Source: Bacillota bacterium
Lineage (GTDB): Bacteria; Bacillota; DTU065
Assembly: GCA_028708605.1 (NCBI GenBank)
Contig: JAQVYS010000003.1
Location: 2,436 to 66,435, forward strand
Direction: 5' to 3'
DNA: 64,000 nt
Shown: positions 29,018 through 39,605 of the stretch, in pieces
How the letters are laid out: each line of letters opens with the position of its first letter
Position numbering within the stretch: position 1 is the stretch's first letter
Notes under the pieces: generated by a model
Seen by the model: only the letters and a program-made list of their open reading frames with translations
The model's database searches: none
Told to the model about the DNA's origin: nothing
Position numbers and translations under genes: made by a program

Positions 29018-30104
29018 AGTAGTCTTTATGGTACTGGGGAAAAACATTGAAGATTTTTTGTCAAATGTGAAGGAGATTAGACTAACAGAGCTTCGCCGAA
29101 GTGGCCAAGCTCTTTATGGAAAATGCCTTTATAAGGATCTTGACAAGGTAAAGGATCTTGCTAAAGGCCATAGTTTAGAGTTTAGTATCTTGTTACAAAC
29201 TTACAGACCAGTTGGCTACTTTCTGGTAATTATCTTTCTTACTAGCTTCTTATTAACAGTTTTTTGGTCTAGTAGAACATGGACGTTTGTGTATAATAGT
29301 AATAATGATGAGCTTATTGAAGCTGTTCACGAGTATCTTTGTCTAAAAGGTATTAAGCCAGGTACTAGTGGAGACAGAAGGTATTATGACGAAGTAAGCA
29401 AGGAACTAATCAAGGCATTTCCTGAGCTTAATTTTATTAATCTAACCAAAGATGGAATCAGACTGAAAATTGACATGAATGTAAGACCGGTAACTGAAGA
29501 AAAGATGCCAAAACAAAAAATATATGCAGCTTTAGGTGGAATCGTACGCTCTGTCCATGTTTTTATGGGAGAGAGCCTAGTTAATCCAAGCGATGTAGTT
29601 TATAAAGGACAGCTTCTAATCAACGGAACTCCCTATGCCGAAGGCAGCATAATCGGAGAAACAGTAGTAGAGATCGCAAATATGACCTTGCTAAAGCAGC
29701 CTATTTTAGTTGAGACTGGACACAAGGAAAACGAATATCATTTAAAGATTGGTGGTCTTCACTACAGCTGGGGTTTTAAGGATGACAATCAGACACCATG
29801 GAGTAAAACTGTGAAGCGCTATGGCTGGGAAGGAAGCAGAAGACAGTTTGTCGAAGTAACAGTAATCGAATATAATCAGTTAAAAGAGACAGTTGTTTTG
29901 AGGACAGAAGAAGAGGCTTTAAGCCTAGCATTAACTGCAGTAGAAGAAGAATTTGTAGCTTTATTTGGAAAGAGCAATATTATTGAAAAGAAAATTGAAA
30001 AAACCTTAGGCACTGATAAAGTAAAGGTGACCTTAAGGGCGATAATAGAGACTGATCTAACACAAGAAAGGTTAGGTGAAGGTATTGGCAGAGCAGGTTC
30101 ATAG
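29010..30104 (+). CDS. yqfD: Stage IV sporulation protein YqfD
   Basis: 369 aa with a central TM segment; ATG overlaps the yqfC stop (ATGGCTAA); synteny before phoH. Confidence 0.75.
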   Translation: MAKVVFMVLGKNIEDFLSNVKEIRLTELRRSGQALYGKCLYKDLDKVKDLAKGHSLEFSILLQTYRPVGYFLVIIFLTSFLLTVFWSSRTWTFVYNSNNDELIEAVHEYLCLKGIKPGTSGDRRYYDEVSKELIKAFPELNFINLTKDGIRLKIDMNVRPVTEEKMPKQKIYAALGGIVRSVHVFMGESLVNPSDVVYKGQLLINGTPYAEGSIIGETVVEIANMTLLKQPILVETGHKENEYHLKIGGLHYSWGFKDDNQTPWSKTVKRYGWEGSRRQFVEVTVIEYNQLKETVVLRTEEEALSLALTAVEEEFVALFGKSNIIEKKIEKTLGTDKVKVTLRAIIETDLTQERLGEGIGRAGS

Positions 30105-31047
30105 GGTAATATCTGTTAATGACATAAAAACTATGAAAGTTCTAATGGGGCCAGCAGACTCTAATTGGCGCATATTAGAGAAGAATTTTAACGGAAAAAT
30201 TATGTCTCGCGGCAGTGAAATTCACATAATTGGTGATCAAGAGGATATAGAAAAGATGGAAAAAATCCTTAGTTCTCTAATCACTAAAGCTGAAGAACAG
30301 GAAGAATTAAGTGAACAAGACACGTCGTTGGCTTTTTCGCTAACTGGTGAAAGAAGTGAACTCGCAGCCGATCCTGTACAGATAAATGCCCGTGGCAAAG
30401 CTATTCGCCCAAAAACTCCTGGACAACTAAAGTATGTACAAGCAATTAGAAGAAATGAAATTGTTTTTGCAATAGGACCTGCAGGAACAGGGAAAACTTA
30501 TCTAGCCATGGCAATGGCTGTAGCAGCATTAAAGCGTAAAGAGGTAAACCACCTAGTTCTGTGTAGACCGGCAGTTGAAGCAGGAGAAAACTTAGGCTTT
30601 CTGCCAGGAGATCTCCAAGATAAAGTCGATCCGTATTTAAGACCTCTTTATGACGCTCTTTATGATATACTCGGACCTGAAGTCTTTAAACGTTATATGG
30701 AAAAAGAGATTATTGAAGTAGCCCCACTAGCATATATGAGGGGTAGGACGTTAGATGATGCTTTTGTTATTTTAGACGAGGCCCAAAACACTACAAAAGA
30801 GCAGATGAAAATGTTTATTACCAGACTTGGTTTTGGCTCCAAGATGATTGTTACCGGAGATATAACACAGATTGATCTTCCAAAGGACAAGTCTTCGGGG
30901 CTTTGTCATGTGACAAAGATGCTTAGAGGAATTCCAGGTATTGAATTTATAAATCTAACTGAAAAAGACGTTGTACGTAACCCTCTAGTACAACAAATTA
31001 TTTTAGCATATGAAAGGTATGAAAAATCTCCAGACAGCGATAGCTGA
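30076..31047 (+). CDS. phoH: PhoH-like ATPase
   Basis: FAIGPAGTGKTYLAMAMAV Walker A, ILDEAQNTT Walker B; the start is uncertain (GTG 30076 or ATG 30133). Confidence 0.85.
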   Translation: MKVLAEQVHRVISVNDIKTMKVLMGPADSNWRILEKNFNGKIMSRGSEIHIIGDQEDIEKMEKILSSLITKAEEQEELSEQDTSLAFSLTGERSELAADPVQINARGKAIRPKTPGQLKYVQAIRRNEIVFAIGPAGTGKTYLAMAMAVAALKRKEVNHLVLCRPAVEAGENLGFLPGDLQDKVDPYLRPLYDALYDILGPEVFKRYMEKEIIEVAPLAYMRGRTLDDAFVILDEAQNTTKEQMKMFITRLGFGSKMIVTGDITQIDLPKDKSSGLCHVTKMLRGIPGIEFINLTEKDVVRNPLVQQIILAYERYEKSPDSDS

Positions 31048-31061
31048 GTAAGGAGGAAGCT

Positions 31062-33215
31062 ATGAAGACTGAACCTAAACCTAAAGGCGAAAAGTTTAAA
31101 TTTCCTTCCTTAGAATTTACAGGGATTAATGATGATATAAAATCCTTTCTAAAAAGAGCGTGGGAATATTTAAAACGCGATGAAACACAACGGCGTTTGT
31201 TAGGGATTGGTACAACTCTTTTGCTCTGTATAGTATTTTTAAGTTCTGTTTATGAAGAAAGACTAAACTTAAATATAGGGGATGTTTTAACAAGGGATAT
31301 AGTTGCCACACATGAGGTGTTAGACTATACCAATTGGGAGGAACTCCAAAGAGAAGTAGAAAGAAGTGTTTCAAAGACAGCAAGTGAAGATGTTTTAAAT
31401 TATCGTGTCGAAAAGACCTATCTATTATCTGCAGAAGAAGATTTTCAAGAGATAGCACAATTGATAATCGAAAACAGAACTGATGAGGATGCCAAGGCCA
31501 AAGACATTGGCATGGTACAAAACCTAATTAAAACACACACAAAATTAGATATACCTGCTTCAACCTTAAGAAATCTGATGCAGATCCCAGAGGAGAACCT
31601 TGAAACATTTAGGACAATGGGTTTAGAGATCATAAATGAGATCATGAATAAAGGTGTATCAACTTCATCTTTGCCGGAAGCCAGAGAAAAGGTAGCCCAA
31701 CTGTTCTTAAACTCAGAGGCCGAGGTCGAGTTTGAAGTTCTAACTAGCGCAGCCGAAGTAGTTCAAGCTGTTATTAGGCCTAATCTGCAATTAGATAGTC
31801 AGAAAGTTAATAAGATTGTAAATGATGCAATTGAACAAGCGCGTCTTAGCGCACCGACTATTAAAAAGGGCCAGGTTATCGTCAGAGAAGGCGATGTTCT
31901 CACCGAAAATGATCTAATGATTTTAGATGCACTAAATATGGTGAAGAGAAACTGGAACTGGCAAAAAGCGATTGGAATTGTGATTATCACGCTTCTTCTT
32001 GCAGGTGTTTTTTATTACTATCTTTACTCTTTTTATAGATCGTTAGAAAACAAATACTTCGTTCTCTTTTGCACAATCGCTGTCTTTATAGCTGTTTTAG
32101 GGAAATTATTAACGTTGATTGATTGGCCATATGCTATTTATTTTTTCCCAGCTTCAGCAGCCACTATGTTTGTGACTCTCTTGATTAACGCCTCTCTTGG
32201 GGTTTTTACAGCGATTTTATATGCCATTATGACTGCTTTCTTTTCAGAGTTTGCTATAGCGCCTGTTTTACTTAGCCTTTTTGGGGCGACAGTGGGTGTT
32301 TATTGTGTAAGAGGAGCAACTCAAAGAGGTAGTCTGATGCAAGCGGGTCTTATAGTTGGATTAGTAAACTCTCTGACCATGGTTTCTTGTGGCTTAATTC
32401 TTCAAGATTCTAGTTTAGTTGTAATGAGTTTTATCGGTTTGATTAACGGTATTATCTCGGCAGTTTTAACTATAGGCTTATTGCCATACCTCGAACTGAT
32501 CTTTGGGGTAGCATCACCTATGAGGCTTTTAGAACTATCTAACCCGAATAACACCTTACTAAGAAAACTGTCCTTGGAAGCACCTGGTACTTACCATCAT
32601 TCAATTGTGGTAGGCAACCTTGCGGAAGCAGCAGCTGAAGCTATCGGAGCAGACTCATTGCTTACAAGAGTTGGCGCTATGTACCACGACGTTGGGAAGT
32701 TAGCGCGCCCTTACTTTTTCGTGGAAAATCAACGAGGAGAAAATCCTCATGATAAAATGTCTCCGAACCTTTCTAGAATGGTGATTCTAAACCATGTTAA
32801 AGAAGGTTTAGAACTTGCAAAAGAATACAAGCTACCAAAGATTATTACTGATTTTATCTCTGAGCATCACGGCACATCTACTGTTAAACACTTTTACCAA
32901 AAAGCTAAAGAAAAAGATCAAAACCCAGTACTGCTTGAGGATTTTAGCTATCCAGGTCCTAAACCACATTCAAAAGAAACAGCAATTTTAATGATTGCAG
33001 ACTCTGCAGAAGCAGCCGTACGCTCAATGACACAGCCAACTTATGATAAAATTCAGTCTATGATAAAAACTATTGCTAAAGCAAAGCTTGAAGATGAACA
33101 GTTAAGCCATTCCACACTGACCTTAAGAGAAATTGATGTTATCACTGAAGTAATGAGCCGTGTGGCTGCAGGTATTCATCATAATAGGTTAAAATATCCT
33201 GGACAGAAGTTGTAG
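31062..33215 (+). CDS. pgpH: 7TM-receptor HD-domain phosphodiesterase (PgpH/YqfF-type c-di-AMP phosphodiesterase)
   Basis: Extracellular N-domain, 7 TM helices, HD domain (HHSIVVGNLAEAAA...YHDVGK). Confidence 0.8.
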   Translation: MKTEPKPKGEKFKFPSLEFTGINDDIKSFLKRAWEYLKRDETQRRLLGIGTTLLLCIVFLSSVYEERLNLNIGDVLTRDIVATHEVLDYTNWEELQREVERSVSKTASEDVLNYRVEKTYLLSAEEDFQEIAQLIIENRTDEDAKAKDIGMVQNLIKTHTKLDIPASTLRNLMQIPEENLETFRTMGLEIINEIMNKGVSTSSLPEAREKVAQLFLNSEAEVEFEVLTSAAEVVQAVIRPNLQLDSQKVNKIVNDAIEQARLSAPTIKKGQVIVREGDVLTENDLMILDALNMVKRNWNWQKAIGIVIITLLLAGVFYYYLYSFYRSLENKYFVLFCTIAVFIAVLGKLLTLIDWPYAIYFFPASAATMFVTLLINASLGVFTAILYAIMTAFFSEFAIAPVLLSLFGATVGVYCVRGATQRGSLMQAGLIVGLVNSLTMVSCGLILQDSSLVVMSFIGLINGIISAVLTIGLLPYLELIFGVASPMRLLELSNPNNTLLRKLSLEAPGTYHHSIVVGNLAEAAAEAIGADSLLTRVGAMYHDVGKLARPYFFVENQRGENPHDKMSPNLSRMVILNHVKEGLELAKEYKLPKIITDFISEHHGTSTVKHFYQKAKEKDQNPVLLEDFSYPGPKPHSKETAILMIADSAEAAVRSMTQPTYDKIQSMIKTIAKAKLEDEQLSHSTLTLREIDVITEVMSRVAAGIHHNRLKYPGQKL

Positions 33216-33223
33216 GTGTACAA

Positions 33224-33679
33224 ATGGAACTTTACATTGAAAACGAACAAGAAAAGGTCATAATTGCGACAAGCACCATAGAGTTTTTACACAAGGCTAT
33301 GAATATTGCGTCTGATCTTCATAGCCTTGACGACTGTAAAGTAAGTATCGTCTTGATTGACAATCAAAGGATTCAAAGAATAAACATGGACTATCGTAAG
33401 ATAGATAGACCGACTGATGTTATCTCATTTGCCCTCAATGACTCTGAGTCAGAATATGCCTGGGAAAAAGAGGAATTGGGAGATATTTTTATTTCAGTTG
33501 AGAAAGCCCTTTCACAGAGCGAAGAATACGGGCATTCTTTTGAGCGAGAATTGGTCTATTTAGCAGTTCATGGTCTCTTGCATCTTTTAGGGTTTGATCA
33601 TCTAGAAGAAACCGATAAAAAAGTAATGAGAAAAGAAGAAGAAAACATCATGAAGCACATTGGTCTTTTGCGTGAATAA
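33224..33679 (+). CDS. ybeY: rRNA maturation endoribonuclease YbeY
   Basis: HGLLHLLGFDH zinc motif. Confidence 0.9.
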   Translation: MELYIENEQEKVIIATSTIEFLHKAMNIASDLHSLDDCKVSIVLIDNQRIQRINMDYRKIDRPTDVISFALNDSESEYAWEKEELGDIFISVEKALSQSEEYGHSFERELVYLAVHGLLHLLGFDHLEETDKKVMRKEEENIMKHIGLLRE

Positions 33680-33716
33680 CTTACTTCTACTTGATTTTCA
33701 AACTTAGAATAAGGTA

Positions 33717-34445
33717 GTGATTGAGTTGGATCATAAAAGACACTCTTTATATCAAAGCTTTAACTGCGCTATTAGTGGTATAATAGCGGCAGTAAAGCTA
33801 GAAAGAAACTTAAAGATTCACCTTATGCTAGCGGTTCTAGCGCTAGTTCTTGGCGTTATTCTGGATCTTTCTCGCATAGAGTATGTGATTTTATTTTTAA
33901 CAATAACTTTAGTAATATCCTTAGAGTTGGTAAATACTGCTATCGAGAAGACTATCGATGTTGTAACTCAAAAATACCATCCACTAGCACGCCTTGCTAA
34001 AGATATTGCAGCAGGAGCTGTTTTTATTGCTGCCATTAACGCAGTAGTTGTGGGTTGGTTTATATTTGGCCAAAAATTAGTGGATGTTGCACGAGAACCA
34101 TTAAGATCAAGCTTTATTGTGCATCCAGTTGAGTTAACTGTAGTAGGAATCTTTGCTGCTTTTATCCTTGTTATATTCTTTAAAGGTGTCACAAACGCCA
34201 AAAAACCTCTAACGGGAGGTTGGCCTTCAGGGCACGCGGCCATTGCTTTTGCAATGGCAACAGCGGTCGCTTTTTATGTAGAGAGTGCTCTAATTATTGT
34301 CCTTGGCTTTGCTTTAGCGATTCTTGTTGCTCAAAGTAGAGTAGAAGGAAGTATTCACACCGTCCCAGAGGTTATAGCAGGAGCAGCACTTGGTACTTTG
34401 ATTATGGCGTTGGTTTTGCTGGTTTCACTTATTTGGACCATTTAA
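33717..34445 (+). CDS. dgkA: Fusion protein: N-terminal DgkA-type undecaprenol/diacylglycerol kinase plus C-terminal PAP2 lipid phosphatase
   Basis: N-terminal 120 aa DgkA-like (SFNCAISGI...ELVNTAIE); C-terminal PAP2 motifs KGVTNAKKP, PSGH and SRVEGSIHTVPE. Confidence 0.7.
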   Translation: MIELDHKRHSLYQSFNCAISGIIAAVKLERNLKIHLMLAVLALVLGVILDLSRIEYVILFLTITLVISLELVNTAIEKTIDVVTQKYHPLARLAKDIAAGAVFIAAINAVVVGWFIFGQKLVDVAREPLRSSFIVHPVELTVVGIFAAFILVIFFKGVTNAKKPLTGGWPSGHAAIAFAMATAVAFYVESALIIVLGFALAILVAQSRVEGSIHTVPEVIAGAALGTLIMALVLLVSLIWTI

Positions 34446-34457
34446 GGAGGCTACATT

Positions 34458-34835
34458 GTGGACAAACTTCTAGAAGAAGCCCTAAAGGCTAGAGAAAACG
34501 CTTACGCTCCGTATTCTAGTTTTAAAGTTGGCGCAGCACTCCTTGCTAAAGATGGCTCGATCTATACTGGTTGTAATGTTGAAAATGCAAGCTATGGCGC
34601 AACAATATGTGCTGAAAGAAATGCGATTTTCAGTGCCGTATCTAGTGGTAATATAAGATTTGAGAAGATAGCAATAGCCACAGATGGCAGACTTACACCG
34701 CCATGTGGGATTTGCCTACAGGTAATTAGAGAATTTAACATTAAAAACATAACTTTGGTTAACCTAGAAAGAAAATGGCGGAGCTATACTTTAGATGAAC
34801 TTTTGCCAGTATCATTTGGTCCTGAAAATTTATAG
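34458..34835 (+). CDS. cdd: Cytidine deaminase
   Basis: CAERNAIF...PCGICLQV zinc-binding motifs. Confidence 0.9.
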   Translation: MDKLLEEALKARENAYAPYSSFKVGAALLAKDGSIYTGCNVENASYGATICAERNAIFSAVSSGNIRFEKIAIATDGRLTPPCGICLQVIREFNIKNITLVNLERKWRSYTLDELLPVSFGPENL

Positions 34836-34904
34836 ATTTTATCTAGAAAAAACACAGATGGGAGGGACAATTCTTACGTAAAATACGTTGGAGTTGGCGC
34901 TTTA

Positions 34905-37051
<2,147 letters not shown>

Positions 37052-37065
37052 AAGGAGGGGTTGTA

Positions 37066-37359
37066 ATGAACGGAGACGCAAGTAGTGTTGGAACTTTTGG
37101 CGCGTATTTACCGATGATAATTATCTTGGTGGCAATGTATTTTGTCTTAATACTTCCTCAAAAAAAGCAACAAAAGAAGCGCAAAGCTTTGTTAGATAGC
37201 TTATCTGCTGGAGATGAGGTAGTTACTATTGGTGGTATCATAGGGCTTATTACTCATTTAGATGAAACAACTGTATTGCTAAAGCTTGCAGATAGTACCG
37301 AAGTAAGATTTTTACGTTCAGCCGTCGCAAGAAAATACGAAACAGAAGAAGAAAAATAA
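37066..37359 (+). CDS. yajC: Preprotein translocase subunit YajC
   Basis: 97 aa, single TM segment, position before secD. Confidence 0.85.
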   Translation: MNGDASSVGTFGAYLPMIIILVAMYFVLILPQKKQQKKRKALLDSLSAGDEVVTIGGIIGLITHLDETTVLLKLADSTEVRFLRSAVARKYETEEEK

Positions 37360-37394
37360 CATAGCTACTTTATGTTGCAAAGGAGGAACGGGTT

Positions 37395-38645
37395 TTGAGA
37401 TCACAGAATAAAATTCGCGTAACAGTTGTTCTAGCTGTAGTAATAGCTGCTGTACTGCTTTTAGGTATCCGTGGATATAATCGAGAAACTAAAACCTACA
37501 GTTTTCCGATTAATCTAGGTTTAGATCTAAAAGGCGGTGTCTATGTTGTTTTAGCACCTACAGACGAAGTAACCCTAACTGGGGCAGAACTTGATAACGC
37601 TTTAAGAGAAACACGTAATGTTATTAGTAATCGTATCGATGAGTTCGGTGTAGCCGAACCGACAATCCAATTGGATTTAGACAACGATCGGATTCTTGTC
37701 CAGATCCCTGGCGTAAGAAGCCCAGATGAAGTCGCAAAATTGATTGGACGTACTGCACAACTTACCTTTGAAGATATAGACGGTAATGTGTTGCTTGTAG
37801 GTAGTGATGTTAAAAGAGCTCAAGTTAGTGCAAATCAAGACGGCTTCGGGGGAGCCCAGATTAATCTTTCGTTCACAGATGAGGGGAGCAAGAAGTTTGC
37901 TGAAGCTACTACAAGGCTTGTTGGCCAGCAAATTATTATTAAGTTAGACGAAGAAGTCTTACTTGATGCTTTAGTAAGCGAAGCGATTACCCATGGAGGT
38001 GCAAGAGTCACTGGACGCTGGAGCTTTTCAGAGGCTAGAGACACTGCAAATTTGATCAATGCCGGAGCCCTTCCTGTGCCCCTTGAAAGAATCGCCAGTA
38101 GCACTGTGGGACCGACACTAGGATCTCGTTCTATAAAACAGAGTTTAAACGCTGGTATTATCGGTATTGTCTTAGTTTTGTTCTTTATGTTCATTGTTTA
38201 CCGCAGTCTTGGCTTACTTGCTGATATCGCTTTAGTGATTTATGGATTAATCGCTTTGGCTGTATTTTCCGCTTTTAATGCTACCTTGACGCTGCCAGGA
38301 ATTGCTGGGTTTATTCTTGCTGTAGGTATGGCAGTTGATGCCAATGTTATTGTTTTTGAACGTATTAAGGATGAGATTAGATCTGGACGATCCGTAAGAA
38401 GCGGTATAGATGCCGGATTTAACAGAGCACTGCTTCCTATTTTTGACTCTAATATTACAACTTTGATTGCAGCAGGTGTTTTGTTCTATTTTGGTACAGC
38501 TCAGATAAGAGGTTTTGCTGTAACATTAAGCGTAGGTATTTTCACAAGTCTGTTTACTGCCCTCTATGTTACAAGAACCTTGATCGAATTGGTTGCAGAA
38601 AAGAACCCAGAAATACTCAGTCGCTATTTTGCAAAGAGGGGGTAG
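37395..38645 (+). CDS. secD: Protein translocase subunit SecD
   Basis: Periplasmic domain plus six C-terminal TM helices; TTG start after AAAGGAGG. Confidence 0.9.
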   Translation: MRSQNKIRVTVVLAVVIAAVLLLGIRGYNRETKTYSFPINLGLDLKGGVYVVLAPTDEVTLTGAELDNALRETRNVISNRIDEFGVAEPTIQLDLDNDRILVQIPGVRSPDEVAKLIGRTAQLTFEDIDGNVLLVGSDVKRAQVSANQDGFGGAQINLSFTDEGSKKFAEATTRLVGQQIIIKLDEEVLLDALVSEAITHGGARVTGRWSFSEARDTANLINAGALPVPLERIASSTVGPTLGSRSIKQSLNAGIIGIVLVLFFMFIVYRSLGLLADIALVIYGLIALAVFSAFNATLTLPGIAGFILAVGMAVDANVIVFERIKDEIRSGRSVRSGIDAGFNRALLPIFDSNITTLIAAGVLFYFGTAQIRGFAVTLSVGIFTSLFTALYVTRTLIELVAEKNPEILSRYFAKRG

Positions 38646-38649
38646 CAAT

Positions 38650-39546
38650 ATGAAAATACAGATTATAAAACACAGGAAGTTATTTCTTAGTCTCAGCATT
38701 TTCTTAGTAGTTGCTTCTATAGTATTGCTACTTACTAGAGGCCTAAACTACGGTATTGATTATACTGGGGGAACAGTTTTACAGATAGCAACTAAGGCCA
38801 ATATTAGTCTTGGAATGGTCCAGGATGAGGTTCTAGCAGATCCTAGAGTAGAGGCTCTTGAACTTGGTTCTTCTTCAGTACAGCTGTTTGACCCAGGTGA
38901 TGAATTAAATGGTGCTCTGATTAAAACCCGTTTTTTAGAGGATGTTGAAGAGGAAAAAGTATTGAATGTTTTTGAAGAAAAGATTGGAGCAATTGATAAG
39001 GATCTTCTTCAAATACAAAAAGTAGGGCCAGCGATTGGTAGTGAACTTTTAGCAAATGCATTAAAATCTTTACTTATTGCTGGTTTACTGATGTTGATTT
39101 ATATTAGTTTCCGCTTTAAATTTAAAAGTGGTGTGGCTGCAGTTGTAGCTTTAGCTCATGACGTAGTAATTGTGCTTGGCTTTTTTGTTCTAACACAATT
39201 TGAAGTCGATGGGACATTTCTAGCTGCAATATTGACATTGGTCGGTTACTCCATAAATGATACTATCGTAATTTTCGATAAGGTCCGCGAAAACAGCAAA
39301 ACTAGACGGGGCAACGAAAGTTTTGATTTGACTGTAGAAAAGTCTATAAATCAAAGCCTAAGACGAACCATCAATACTTCAGTCACTACTCTATTAGCTG
39401 TTATCGCACTATTGATATTTGGTGGTGCTTCTATTCGCAACTTCACAGCGGCCATAACTTTGGGTATTCTAGTTGGAACATACTCATCTATCTTTGTGGC
39501 TACCCAAGTTTGGGCACTGTGGGAGACAAAAACCACCACAAAATGA
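38650..39546 (+). CDS. secF: Protein translocase subunit SecF
   Basis: ATG at 38650 after AGAGGGGG; SecF TM topology. Confidence 0.9.
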   Translation: MKIQIIKHRKLFLSLSIFLVVASIVLLLTRGLNYGIDYTGGTVLQIATKANISLGMVQDEVLADPRVEALELGSSSVQLFDPGDELNGALIKTRFLEDVEEEKVLNVFEEKIGAIDKDLLQIQKVGPAIGSELLANALKSLLIAGLLMLIYISFRFKFKSGVAAVVALAHDVVIVLGFFVLTQFEVDGTFLAAILTLVGYSINDTIVIFDKVRENSKTRRGNESFDLTVEKSINQSLRRTINTSVTTLLAVIALLIFGGASIRNFTAAITLGILVGTYSSIFVATQVWALWETKTTTK

Positions 39547-39605
39547 AAGAATTGATCTACGCCTAAAAGGCCTGATTTACTCAGGTCTTTTTGTGTTAAA
39601 GGTAG

